Shown in pieces: positions 15,458 through 30,458 of a DNA stretch of 64,000 nucleotides (positions are counted from its first letter, which is position 1; each line of letters begins with the position of its first letter). The DNA comes from the human T2T-CHM13v2.0 reference genome, Homo sapiens: assembly GCF_009914755.1 (NCBI RefSeq), contig NC_060926.1. One strand, 5' to 3'. The notes below the pieces were generated by a model, which was not told the DNA's origin, did no database searches, and worked only from the letters and a program-made list of their open reading frames with translations. The position numbers and the translations under genes are program-made.

Positions 15458-15475
15458 GGCACAGATACACACATG
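15385..15475. repeat. (CT)n(CA)n compound microsatellite
   Basis: Direct reading. Confidence 0.92.
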
Positions 15476-16304
15476 CAAATATGTATACATATATTAAACT
15501 TTACTCAAAATATTCAGTACTATTCTTTTCTTGGTTTCATCCACCACTTCACATTTTTATCATGCTACTTGTTTGTTCTCTCGTGAGCTCTGAATGGGTT
15601 TTTTTGACTAATTGTGATATCTTGTAAAAGAAAAATACTGTTATAATCAGGACCTGAAACTCATGATACAAAGAAAGAGCTGCATAACTCTCAGTTAGCT
15701 ACTTTTCCACTAGCCTTTGTCAAAAAATCATCCAAGAATCAGGAGTTCAAATAAGTTTTATGATCTGCTGTAATTAATAGTTACTTGGATATTCCATACT
15801 GCTTCAATTTTTGACGTTATGGAAGACACACACACACAGAAGTCAGAGTAAATTAAATATATCGAGGATAAACTATGCTGATAACTTTAAAGCAGTCAGT
15901 TTACCACTGGACACTTAAGGACATCATATTTCCTATTGCTTTAGGTGTCCAGATTCCTGAAATTTCTTTATCCCTCTCAACATTTTATTTCAAGAAAGAA
16001 AATGCTATTATTGAGCAACAAATGATGCCAAAGATTTAAACTTTCAGAGATTTGCATCATTTTAAGTGATATCAGTGATGCGAATCAAGGAGTTGTAGAT
16101 GTTAACAGCTTGAAAGAGATATGAGGGAAGCCTCCAGCTGATGTGCACTTCTGCTGGGTAGCTAAGCTTCGTTTATGCCCATTCAATGGCATAATACAGA
16201 AATATATATATAAGCATCTTTCCCAGATATCCCACCTGCATCTTGTGCCCTAAAGACCTTTTAATTTGCCTGCACTGAGGGAAATTCACTTCCTATTATG
16301 CTTT

Positions 16305-16621
<317 letters not shown>

Positions 16622-16964
16622 TAATATGCTTTCTTAGTTAACATTTACTTATTACCAAAGGCTGTAGTGCCTCCTTTTTTTGTATAATGGGAACTTTTTG
16701 GAAGAAGAATATTGTAAGATCAATATTAACTTTAATCATGATCAACATAGTCCATTTTATTTTCTTGCCATTTACTTTAGGTTCAGTATGAAATTCCCTA
16801 GTGATACCAAATCATCTAGAAAATATATAACAAAATCATGACATCTTGTTGAAAACAAACTGATCTTTGTTTATGTATATCAAAGCTTAGCAGAGACAAA
16901 TGGTGCTCTAAGTAGGTTTTGACTCTAACAGGGTTGATCCCATAGAGTCATAGTATTTTTAACT

Positions 16965-17125
16965 TTTTAAATCATTTCCACATGCCTAATGTTGTGTGAT
17001 CCTCAAAATAACCTTGCTGAGAGAAGAACTGTTATCTGCATTTTATAGAACTGGAAAATGTGCTTAAAGCCAGAAAAGTGATTCAGTATCTTCATACAGG
17101 TAGTTGTTGCACAGTGGGAACTGGA
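16965..17125 (-). mobile_element. MIR fragment
   Basis: gatcctcaaaataacc...ttatctgcattttatagaactggaaaatg. Confidence 0.55.
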
Positions 17126-17229
17126 AAGAAGGGAAGCGTGCCCAGAAGCAATAAAGCATGATGCATTTTCTGCCTATGCCTTCAAATGCATCTGAACTAT
17201 ACTCACCCTTTGTTTTCATGATCCAGTGG

Positions 17230-17663
17230 CACATCGGTACCTCAACCCCTTGCATCATCTTGAAGACTATTCTTTCTCTTTTCAACAAATTTGTACATGT
17301 TGTTCCTAAAATATTCTTGAGTTATTTTTATTCCTATGGTTTCCTGACTGGTCCTGTGTATTTACCACATGTCAATCTAATCACCACTTTCTTGGAGAGG
17401 ACTTTCCTTCCCACTATTCTGTCCTCTACCAAAGATTTTCTCTTGTATTATCCTATTACTTTCCTTTAAAGTCCTTACAGTAGTTTGAGATTATTTACTA
17501 TATTTACACAGTACGTTTTTCATTGCTTATCACCTCCACGCTCCTGCTTCGTAAATGCCAGGATAGTATATTCCTCACTATTGCATAGAAAACACTTGGT
17601 TTGTAGCACAATTCTTGATATAGAGTAAATGCATCCAAATTATGGATAAATGAATGAGTAAAT
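17230..17663 (+). mobile_element. L2 3' end
   Basis: tagcacaattcttgatatagagtaaatgc...ggataaatgaatgagtaaat terminal repeat. Confidence 0.6.
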
Positions 17664-18584
17664 CTAAATTTCCTTATTTGCATTCCAATATTCGTTTTGT
17701 TAGGCAAGCTTATCTCCTATACACGAAAACGAGGTTTTGAAATAATACCTTTTTGTGGTAGCAAGATAAGTATTTCTTACATGTTTTTAGTTTAAAAAAT
17801 ACAATTATATGTGAATTCTCTTATTGTTTTAGATTTTTATTTCCTTATGTCTAAAATTATGGCGTTAACCTTAATGAGTTCTAAAGGGAAATAATCTACT
17901 ACTCTGTTTCTTTTTGGCATAGGTGACTGGAAGGCAGCTGTATTTAAATTTCTATAAAGATCAGATCCTCTATGGACATCTTTTACTGTGAGTAAAACAA
18001 GGGCAGTCTGGATGAAAGGCAGTTTCATTTGGATTTTGCCCACTGGCTAAATATATGAACATTACAAGGGACATATGTAAATAGAACCTTTATACATCTG
18101 GAAACAAACTTGCATCTTTTACCTCTAAGACATTGTTAAAAAATCAACATACAGCACTATATTTGCCTTCTAGATCTTACACATTTGATAAGAAAATCTG
18201 AAAATAAACACATACATTCATATTGTAATTTTAGATAATAATGCACATTATTTGCTTGAATTGTATACTTCACTTACAGGTTTTACACAATCCCTTATTT
18301 TTCTATTCAATAATCCTTATGCAGAAACCAAATGTTCTTGGTTTAAGCATATTATATGCCACCATGTAATCAATAAATACGTGCTGAAACGCATACACAC
18401 ATACACGCACGTCTTGCAGCAAGCCTTTTTAAAAGTTATTTGATAAAATTGTCTCCCCAAATATGAAGTATTATTTTCTCAAGACAAGCATTTAATGGCA
18501 CATCTTAGTTTAGATGGTAGATGGCCACAAAGTAATGGTAGAATTGCTAGCACTCTCCAGGAAACATTAAAAAGAGCCGTCAAT

Positions 18585-18946
<362 letters not shown>

Positions 18947-20006
18947 TTAGAATAGAGCAGGAAGTTAAATTAAGAGATTGTCATATCCAATCACGTTTCC
19001 AAAAAAGACACAGTTAAATAGCACTCTTTTTCTACACTTCCTTCTAATAATATAAATGCATGCTGGGCTTAAATAAAACAATTAAACAAACAAAAATAGA
19101 AAAAAAATGCATTATCCCCGCATACTAGTTCAAATACCTCCAATAAATGCTGACCTAATATCTTTGTGGTATAGTAAAACATTATGTTTCTTATTACATA
19201 TTGTCGAGATCTTTTGCAATCAACTAGTAATAGTGAATTTCAAGGCTACTCTGTGTAATTATTCATGCATGGATGAGATTCATATGAAAATTAAACTAAA
19301 CTGTCAATGAAAAAAATCTTTATTCCCAAGATAAATGTTGCTTTTAGAAATTAGAGATACAGAAAAAAAAAGTCAGAATTAGAGCAAAATGTACACTCAA
19401 GAGAGAAGTAAGAGAGCTAAAGAATTGAGTGATATGTATATTTCAGAGAGAAATTACATTTAAAAATCTAAAAGATGTATGTAAAATCGATATATGCTTT
19501 AAGTCAGTGTGGGCAGAAGAAACATTCTTATATTTGGAGACATAATAACTGTTCATTAAGAAAGAAGAATGAATTGATCATATTTTATGAGCAAAGCAAA
19601 AAATATAAACATTTTAAAATATATTCCTTCCCAGGTTAATTATACTTTAGTCATGAAATCAACATATGAATGTTTATTTATTTGATACTTAACATTTATA
19701 TCACAGGATAATGACTAATTATTTGAATAAATAGCTTGATGTTGCAAGTTTAAATCTAAACTTTAAAGTCTTAAATTATCTAAAAGCAGATATGAAATAA
19801 GCTGAATTCAACTAACATAATTTTTAACAAGTTGTCAATAATATTGATTTATTTCAAATATAGTCGGTTGTACTAGAAAATTTAGACTTGTATATATATA
19901 TACATATATTTTTAAAATCCTATAGGTGATTCATATGTATATGAACTATTCACATGTATAGAAGACCAAATTCTAAATAAGCAAATTCACATATATGTGA
20001 TATCTA

Positions 20007-20444
20007 CAGTTGATTCTTGAACAATGCTGAGATTATGGGCACCATCCCCCTGTGAGTCAAAAATGCGTGTATAACCTTTGATTTCCCCTTAAAAGTAATG
20101 GCTTAACTGCTTATAGCCTACTGTTAGGTGTACCAATAACACAAACAGTCAATTAACATATATTTTGTACATTATATATATTATATACCGTATTCCTCCA
20201 ATAAACTAGAGAGAAAAAATGTTATTAAGATAATCATAAGAAAGAAAAAATATATTTACTATTTATTAAGTGGAAGTGGATCATCACAAAGGTCTTCATC
20301 CTCACCATCTTCACACTGAGTAGGCTAAGAGGAGGAGGAAGATGAGGGGTTGGGCTTGCTATCTCAGGAGCGGCAGAGGCAGAACAAAATTTATGTGTAA
20401 GTGGACGTTCCCAGTTCAAACCTGTTTTGTTCAAGGGTCAACTA
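20007..20444. mobile_element. Tigger2a-like non-autonomous DNA transposon
   Basis: TIRs cagttgattcttgaacaa and ttgttcaagggtcaacta, TA on both flanks. Confidence 0.9.
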
Positions 20445-22634
20445 TACATATAATCAAAAAGTTGTTGTAGATGATGGAAATGAAAACCTCATTATTTTGT
20501 AAAACTAATCACTTTGTTTCATCTGTAAACAGACTTTTTACTCATATATTCACGCTTCAAAGATTAAATTACATATGGCACTGTACATTTCAAATCTTGT
20601 AAAAATGTGACTCAGACTTTGAATCACTTGAGCCACTCTAGGGTAACTTGATAATGAAGTTTAAAGTTTATACTGATATATGTAATAATAGAAAATTTTT
20701 CAATTATATCTCTGAAAATATTGTTTCCACTCCATTAATTGAGATTAATTCTATAAAACTCTAATGTCCCCATCCCACTCAAATACAACCCTCTCAGAAA
20801 ATATATTCTCTCTTTAGCACCATTGATTCTTTATCTGTAACATGTTAATGAAAATTCTTTTTTTTTTTAACCTTCAAATCCATGCGTAAGTTCTGTTTGC
20901 AACAAAAGTTTTAATAAGAAAACAAAAACTATCATTTGGCTCAGTAGATTATTAAATGTGCAAATGATCTTTTAATCTGCAACCAGCATTCAGCTAAAAA
21001 TAATTTTTCTTATTTTTTTATCAAACCAGACACTAGAACATTTGTTTTGTCATCCAAAGTAGTTTCAACTATTATGGACTTTTAAGTTTGAACTCTGTAT
21101 CCATAGAAAATAGCCTCAAAACGAAACAAAACAAACAAACAACAAACCCTGGGTTTTGTAAATATGCTAGTGAGAACACCATACCATTTCCACTACTTTA
21201 AGACTTACAAGAAGAAAAATTATATTTCTTCTAAGCAGCCAATCCATTTTTACTTACAATCACTGAGGATCTCATAATTCTCTTCCTTTTTATTTCTAAG
21301 ATGTTTGAAAACAATGTGCAACCCAGCTTAAAAACTGTGAAGGTCTTATGTAATATATGCCCATCACTAATTTTCTTGCTTATTTAACACTCTATTTTTC
21401 CTTTTATCCTATAAGGAGAGGGAATTGTTAGATTGCAGTCATTCCTAATTCTTAGCAATAGATCAAGGACTAGGAGGAATAAAATAATTCATCCTATCTA
21501 CATCTAGATAAGTCCCATGGAATTTTGAGATCAAGTTGGTATGATAGTATCATATAGTTACTACCCAAATACATTTACTGGGTATACAGAGACTTTTGGC
21601 AACTAAATAAGTAGTTGCCTTTCAAAAATGCATTCCCAACTAGCTACCCAGCAATTCTTTGGACAAATTTAACCATTTGAAACATAATTGACTTATTTAA
21701 ATATGACCAGCACTGCTACACTATGCTTCAGTGATATGAGTTGCTCATATATGATTGGCATACAGGGGAGTGATGTCAGCCAAATAGGGACTGCTTGTTC
21801 AGATGATATTTCCCCACTCTCCCACCTCCTCATTCTGTTAATGTATTGTGCCCTGCTGGCAAGTGTAACAGCAACTGAAATGAAAATCCAAGGGCAGAAT
21901 ATAGTGAGCAAGAGTAATGCACAGTAGGGCACCAGGTCTACTCACCCTTCCATCTGCCACCTGGCACCTGGTTTGGTCAATCATCTGCTGTACATTTGAA
22001 GTACATATTGTTTTTATTTATTTTGCAAAGTTTTTTCATATCCTCATGGCTTAGTAGACTCAAGCCTTGATTACAAACCCTTTCTTTTTTTTTAAATAAT
22101 GGTATATCTTTATATTCAGTGTAGCATTCATTTATTTGAAATACTATTTTATAACTACGCATATTATTTAGAATGCTATTACGTTAGCCCCAGTTACAAG
22201 TTTGCCTAGATTCTTATTCTTCTTCTTCTAGTAATATTCTTCTCTAAGTCCTGATATTTTTAGTGCATGATTTTGCAGAACTTGAGTTTCCAGGAGCACA
22301 TTCATGGCATTCTAGAGAAACACCTCTATATAAGTTGTTGTTGCTGTTCACAATCTACCCACCATTTTAAAAAATATTCATTTTCGTGATAAAATGTCCA
22401 GTTTGTTTTCTGATAACATGTAGGATGAAATACAGATGTAAATCTTGAAATAGCTCTAGACCCATATAATGGTCAGTTAGTATTGCACTATATTTTTGCC
22501 TGTACAATTTGTACACATTGGAAATCCGACATTAATATGCTATTGGAAATTTTATCTTCTGTGTTTTAGTAGAAAAATCATGTTGGGAATATAAATACCA
22601 ATTCATAAAAATCCATAATGAAAACAACACATCA

Positions 22635-23100
22635 CCACTGTCAGTTGCCTAATTGTTTATTCCTTGTTACAAAAACACAATTTTATTTAAGTACTATCTC
22701 TGAGGCAGGATGAAATGAATTATCAGCTCAGGGGTAAAGACGCCAAATTTAGGCTGTCCATGGCTAGTCTATTAGTGATGTGTGTGATGCAGTTCTCTTT
22801 ACTAGGACATTTTTGTCACTTTAAAAGAGAGATGAACAGCATTGTTTTATATCTTATTTATCTGTCAATGGAAGTATCAGTGTATGACATTAGTCTAGTA
22901 CCTCAGGAAGTTGAGGGGGCCTGAGGACAATCCAAAGACAGAGTGAAAAAGTGACAAAAATCTGAGTCTTCCATGGACACTCAATTGAGCAACTCTAGAA
23001 CCATCTTCACTACGTAGCTTGTTCTGAAGATGCTAAACTCAATTTGCTATTTTAAGCCATTTACTTTTCTGTTCTACTTAGTCAAATGTACGTTATTCTC
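22635..23100 (+). mobile_element. Old MLT1 (MLT1K-like) LTR
   Basis: Degenerate MLT1 3' motifs (aaatctgagtctt...ttttaagccatttacttttctgtt). Confidence 0.5.
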
Positions 23101-23198
23101 ACACATACACATGTGTATGTGCAGACACACACACACAGAAACACACACACACACACACATACACATACATATACACTCAATCTTTCAAGAAGTTTTAA

Positions 23199-23468
23199 TT
23201 TTTTTTTTTCTTAAAGATGGACTCCTATTCCATGGCCCAGGCTAGAGCGAGCACAGTGGTGTGATCCTAGCTCACTGCAGCCTTGAACTCCTGGCCTCAA
23301 GCAATCCTCTTTCCTCAGCCTCCTGAGTGGCTGGGACTGTAGGCACATGCCACTGCACCTGGCTAATTTGTATAAAAAATTTTTGTAGAGACTCCTGGCT
23401 TCAAGAGATCCTCTCACCTCGGCCTCCCAAAGTGCTGGGATTACAGATGTGATCCACTGTGCCTGGCC
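23199..23468 (-). mobile_element. AluJ (Jo-like) with an internal deletion, preceded by (CA)n
   Basis: agctcactgcagccttgaactcctggcctcaagcaatcctc. Confidence 0.9.
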
Positions 23469-23934
23469 TCATGAAGATTTTATTTGTATGGATTTCCAGT
23501 GGTCATTCACATAATTCTCACATCTATCTATCTACATTTTTTTCTCACTTCAAATGAAAAACATTTCTGAAGGCACAATACTGAACTTTTTCCTCTTCTT
23601 TCTACTGTCTTTCCCATCAAGTACTGAGTTATGATTTTGACCATCTTCTCTAAGAAATTTAAATAAATGCTATTAATGATATTCCATGTCTGCAAATTTA
23701 CCATTTTGCAAATTCTAAACATGAACTGGCTTTGTCCCATAGGATTCAAATATTAGCCATCACTATAATTCTATGTTGAATCACCTTTCATCAACTCCCT
23801 ATCAGGAAAAATTGAATTTTTCCTTCAAAGCAATAATCTTGCTACTTTTTAGACCTTTAATATCCTCAACAATATTAATTTGTCTTTAGCCTACTATACT
23901 TTCTGATAAGAGATACATAGATAAGTATTACTTC

Positions 23935-24800
23935 TACAATCATTATTGAGCAAACGTTACTCTGTGCCAGGGACTCTTTAAAGTGTGGGTGGTGTATCAG
24001 TGAGTAAAAACGTCCTTACTCTATAGAACTTAAATTACCTTAAAGCAGTTTTATTAGGAACACACAGTGTTTTTCATTTTTTTCCTCTGTGTATGCCAAA
24101 CATCAAACACACATCACAAGCCTTCATATTGATCTGTATCTTGTTTTGTCTAGGAGGCCAACATAACTTAGTGTTTTACTCAGCATCAAGTATTAGGTGC
24201 CTGTTATATGTGAAGAACATGGTTACTATCATAGTAGACCTTAAAATAGAGAAGGAAGGAGAAATGAAAATGAACCATAGCTTGCTGAAATAAATACTAG
24301 AAAGTGATATGAGAGATGCCATCGGTTCACATAAAGTGGTTATCTACTCAAGTGACTGAATAAAGGGAGGGAATATTTAATTGGTGCATAATTGTGTATG
24401 GAGGCTGCCTATTCCAAGGGCAAAGAATGAGCAGAGATGTATTTTTCTCGTAGAGAAAAAATACAACATCCAATTAAAAAGAACCTAGGACATTAGAAGA
24501 GTTTCACTGTCTTGCTAACAAATACAATCTTTCTTCTGCAGAATATGGGAGTCATTGGAGATTGTAAAGGGTATGCTATGATCAAATACCTTGTAGGGAG
24601 TTAACTCTGGTGCAAGGAGACAACCAGTCCTTAGTGGGGTAAGAATAGAGATGGGGAAAGCATTGATAAATTATGGCAATGTGTAAGACACAGATAGATC
24701 ACGGCATAAAATACAGAAGTAGTAGCAAGCACGGATAGCAGACAAATATGAGAAATATTGATCTAGGACTTTCCAAGACATAAAAGCCCTTAGATACTAG
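23935..24800 (-). mobile_element. L2 fragments
   Basis: attattgagcaaacgttactctgtgccaggg and purine-rich antisense L2 body. Confidence 0.55.
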
Positions 24801-24934
24801 CCTGTGACTGAAGATTAGATGAGCTGCCTCTAAAAACATAGTGAATTTTTTTATCTCCTTTCTCTGATCACAAATCAGAGAAGAGAGAAAGTGTATGCAT
24901 GTGTGTGTGTTCTCACCAGTGTTTTACTGATGAA

Positions 24935-25130
24935 GTATATATATTTAAAAACACAGTTATATATATATTTGATATATAATATATAAATATATATTTAAAA
25001 CAGTGTTATATATAACTTATATATGTTATATATGTGTTTTAAAAGTTATATATACAAAATGTGTTTTTAAAGTTATATATAACTATATATAAATTATGTG
25101 TATATATATATATTTAACTGTATTTTTAAA
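24935..25130. repeat. AT-rich (TA)n low-complexity tract with inverted-repeat ends
   Basis: Direct reading. Confidence 0.85.
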
Positions 25131-26691
25131 GTTTCCAATACATTTTAGAAAAAGCTGAATTATTTATGTGGCACCTGGTAATGTTTTTCAAATAAGACAT
25201 AATAAATATGTTATGATTCCTATTAATATAGAAAGCACAGACTAAGAACAATTATGATGAATGGCCTCTAAGGATGAGGAATATGTTACAGGGGCTCTGG
25301 TACATTCATAATCAACTTATGAAGAAAATTAAGACTGCCAGTAGTGATAGATACAGGAAATATCCTACCCCCAGACCCCCCATCTAGCAGAGCACACACT
25401 CCATGTGCATGGTGAAAAATATGGGCTTTTAATTTGATTTTCTGGTCACTTTTCAGCAAGACCTACGTTCCTATATTTGTTTATTTCTTTATTTATTTCT
25501 ATTACAAACTGCACAATGATTTTTCTATAGCATTCAGAAGATACAAGGGCTTCTTTTACTGCCTGTGACCAGTCATATGTACCATTTTATTGCCAACTAC
25601 TACTGCGGGATATTAAGTTGTCACCCAAACCAAAGAACAAGCAACCATAAAAATAACTGCATGATTTGCAGTTCGCTTCAATGTAAAGGGCAAAATACGT
25701 GGTCTGTGCTGGGTGGCACTGCAGCCCCAAGGACTCTAATCCAATTCCAGAGATTGTACAAATGCACTGCAATTTTCCTTGTTCATTTGGGGATGTACAT
25801 TACATGATCGTTTGGGCTTTATAATATTATTTACTTTCCCAAAGGTCATGAGAAAAAGAAATAGCAACTAATGAGTTAGTTCTGGAAGAGCAGCTTATTT
25901 TGATTATGCTATGTTCATACAGTACAGCAAAAATTAGACTAGGATACATTAGCATTTATACTGCTTTTATAAAGCTTACTGGGGAGGGCTGTTGATCAAA
26001 GGGGGCATAATACACACATTGCCTTTCTGGAAAAGAACATTAAAAAGCCTGTATAAGGGCATTTTTTATAATTCCTTTTGTAAAAATGCCTTTCTCTCGA
26101 CATTAAATTGTTGTGGATACACAAAGAAAATACATAGACTTAAAATGTTCCAGCAAAATAAATTGGCACACAAAAATTAATATTTAAGATATTAAATACT
26201 AACATTTAACTAATACTCTGGAAAGTGGATGATGCCTCATAATTAAAAATACTCTTTATAAAATATCATCCAAACACTGACAAGCTCTAAGAAAACACAA
26301 TTTATTTTAAAAGCCAACATGAACATCTCATAGCAGCAGCTTTGAAATAGCCAATTCCATCAATACAGCAAAATAAACTAACTAGTCAATTGTCTCCCTC
26401 TCCTTCTACTTTTCTTTTTATTTCCTTAAAAGTGATAATTTTAGCTATCCCTTTTCTATGAACATAAAATAGACAACCTAATTTCAAAATAAAGCCAAAT
26501 ATACCTTTTCTTACAGTCATTTGCTTCACACTACACTAGATTTTTATCTAATTATATATATATAATGTTTATGAAGTCCACTTAAAGCAATATCTAACAC
26601 AATATCAAACTGATTTGTAGAGAAATGAAGATCAAGTCTATGAAGATAAAATATATCTTTCTTTGTAGGAGTAACAAATCTGAAGAAAACA

Positions 26692-27333
26692 TGGTGATAA
26701 GAAGAAAGATGCTCCTCCCGCCCCACACATGCCCAGATATCCAGGTCTTAATTTTCAAAATTTTTGAGTATGTTACATTACAAGGCAAAAATTATTAAAG
26801 TTAAGATTAATTTTTCAATCTTAATTAATAATAGGAAAATTACTCTGGATTATCTGGTTCGACCCAATGTAACTATATAAGCCCTTAAAAGTGGAAGAGG
26901 ATGCAGGGTGATTGAGTCAGAGGGATGTAGCAATAGGGGAAGAGACAGGGGAGATGTGTAGCATGAGATGGGCTTTACTTGCCATGGCTGGCTTTGAAGT
27001 TGGAGGAAGGAGGGCATGAGCCCATGAATTTGGGTGGCCTCTAAAACTTGAGAATGATCCTTAGCTTACAGCAAGCAAGGAAGTGGGAACCCCAGTTCCA
27101 CAGTAACAAGGAATTGAATTCTGAACAACAACCTGAATGAGCAGGGAAACACATCCTCTCTTGGAACCTCCTGAGAAGAAACAGCCCTATGGACACTTTG
27201 CCTTTAGCCAGATGAGACCCATGTCAGAATTCTGACCTCTGAACTCTACAACAGCACATTTGTGTGTGTGTTTTATTTTTTTAACTACAAAGTGTGTGGT
27301 AATTTGTTCCAGCAATGATAGAAAGTTAATACA
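26692..27333 (+). mobile_element. MLT1E/MLT1D-like MaLR LTR
   Basis: gctggctttgaagttggaggaagg...aacaacctgaatgagc...tgtggtaatttgtt...gaaagttaataca. Confidence 0.85.
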
Positions 27334-27349
27334 AACAGTCTGTTAAATA

Positions 27350-28000
27350 CTTGATTTTATGTCTGAGAAATCTGAGCCTACAGAGATTCAATGGCTTACC
27401 CTAGCCAGGTAGTGACAGGGTTTCCAAATTCTTGATCTCTTCCCAAGAGTGCTTTCTTGTTTTGAATCATCCAATCCATTCTAATCTAAGCAGTCTGGAT
27501 ACAGTCAAGCCAGATCAAATCATATGCCTCTGTGCCTATAATTCAGGCATGACTCCTTTCGTGCTTTAAAATTCTCATTCTAGTTTGGCGTCCGCACCTT
27601 CTCTTACTTCACCCAATACCCATCTCACCGCACTCCTTGCAGCATGGTGCTGCTCCATTTCAGGGTCATGCCTTCTGCTCACCTTATGGTAATGCTTTCC
27701 TCTTGCTTGTCCTGAGGACATAAGAGCTATCACTCTCCAAGTTCTCAGCATGGCTGCTGAATTCTCATAATTCAAGTATCAGTTTAAATATCAGTTCCAT
27801 AGAGAAACTGTCTAGACTTAGATTCCTTAAATCACCACTCATCTCTGTCATTTCAAGCTTTTCAATCTATGTTTGTTTCTCCTCTCCTTTATTATCTTCT
27901 TCTTCCTCTAGCATCTGATAACTATGGTATGGAGACTTTATCTCATATGAATCAGTAACATTGGTATATAAGTGTCTGATAAAAATATCTACTGTGAAAA
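27350..28000. mobile_element. MIR fragment followed by an L2 fragment
   Basis: tgagaaatctgagcctacagagatt (MIR core), then a pyrimidine-rich L2 body. Confidence 0.5.
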
Positions 28001-29049
28001 TATCTAGTAAAATAATTTCTGGCTCCTAGTTCAAGGCTGTTAGCTACTGAACTTTGCCAGTTACATTAATTGTGACTGGCATTCACACCCCACATTATAA
28101 TGCCTGTTATTATTAAAGGAATCTACTTGTGTTCATTTATTGACTTTATATTAAGTAAAAGTAATAAATATAAACTTATAAAATGTACTGACACAAAGTA
28201 CCATTTTTATCTGTTTCAAGTGTTAGAAATTGACACACTTATTTTTATCATTTTTAGCTCCTGCTAGAATAAAACACGGTATTTGTGGCTATAAATATAG
28301 GATAACTTACTAAAAGAAACATGTTAGTAACATTATTCTGGCATATTCCAAAATATTCAGTGAATAAGTAAAAGCTCAAAGACGAGCTGTCCAGACTGTA
28401 CTATGTTTATTTAGACAGAAGTAAAATACTGCCCAGGTCCAGAGAGATCAATGGGAAAGAAAAGAAGGATGATGGACCTTTAGTCAAAAGGGGAGAAGAA
28501 CTACGGGTACAGATTATAATAGGATTCATTACAGGTTATAACATCAGTGAAGAAGGGCAGTGACTCAGTTGTGTACATGAAAATAAAATAAATTGCTTGA
28601 TTAATTCACAGTAGTTATACAAAACTGACTTATATGAAGTATTTATGCTTTAGAAAGCTTCCTATTACAAATATTCAAGTGAATAAAAATGAACTAATGT
28701 ATCTCTAAAGTAATTATTGGGGAACTCAGACAATTATCTAATTATCTTGAAACAAATTTGTTGAATGTTTGAAATTATTATAGTTTAAGTTGCAAATTGC
28801 TCAGAAGTCTGTTATTTTTATTACTATTACTGAGATATAACTTTAAACAATGTTTTTTTTCTAAAAAGAGAGGGTAATGTTACTGTGTTTCACTAGTTCC
28901 ATTGTAAATAAATGTTACTTTTTGACTATCTCTTGCTTTAAAAGATTCATTTCTTTAAAATTTTACATCTATAATTTTACAACAATTTTGTCTACTTGAA
29001 TATTTCTAATACTTATGATAAACATTGTTTAGGTTATTCATATATATCT

Positions 29050-29460
29050 TCATATCATTCATTCAATCAATCATTATGTTGTTCACTGTACAGTAAGTCA
29101 CAGGAAACTAGAATGAATTAATCCTTTAATTTGCCTTCAAGGAATTTACAATGTAATAGGGAAGTGAAAGATATGTGTAAAGAGCCTTGATGCCCCTTTA
29201 AATAAGCTCCTGTCGGGGACTGATTAATGCATTCTATTAAATGTACAAAACAAATTTAAGGTATATTGTTTGGTTGGTTGCATATATTATACAAAAATCA
29301 TCAAGTTTCACTTATTTAAATTAGGATGTTAGGGAGTTCTTTCTGAGGAAGCGATGCTTAAACTAGGAAGTAAGGAGTGAAAGTGATGAAAGGATGTGGT
29401 CATGTGAAAACTGGGAAAGGATGGTACTGAAAAAGACTAACATGCTGTGTTTCCTTCTTA
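29050..29460 (-). mobile_element. L2 3' fragment
   Basis: cattcattcaatcaatc...ttgccttcaaggaatttacaatgtaataggg. Confidence 0.55.
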
Positions 29461-29691
29461 TGTCTATAGGTACAAGGGATGGGTTCACAGCATCAAATTG
29501 CAGTCAGAACACACAGAATGTGTTAGCAAATATTCATTAATGCAACAAATAATCTCTATGCCCTTTTAGGACTCTCTGATGAACTGTATTACTGTTCATT
29601 TATACCCCATGCCTTTCTGAGAGAGGCTCTATATCCTTGCCTTGTTGAACTCAGGAGAGTCATATTATTTGGCTAATGAAAAAGCATATGT

Positions 29692-30142
<451 letters not shown>

Positions 30143-30458
30143 TCAGTAATAATCAGAAATCTTAAGAACCAGTGGCACATGTGGTCTTAAAGCTTCCTTT
30201 TGCTCTACAAAAACAATTACCAATGTTTCACACAGAGAGTGCTCTGTGACCAGGCCCCGGCTTGAAACTGAAGTGAAAAATTCAGTGTGAAGGGAGACAT
30301 AAATATTTGCTGCTCTAAGCCAGTGGGATTCTAGAATTTTAAAATTTCATTACTTTTTAATTTTTTTAACTGCAGCATTCCCTAGCTTATTTTTACTAAT
30401 ATAGCCAGCCATGTAAATATTACCAAAGTTTTGCTTTTTTTGGTTAGAGAAAATACTC

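Noticed and set aside
17923-17987. Resemblance of LYLNFYKDQILYGHL to the GDF8/GDF11 C-terminus (LYFNGKEQIIYGKI)
   Set aside because: Too short, no cystine-knot cysteines and no flanking homology; most likely coincidence
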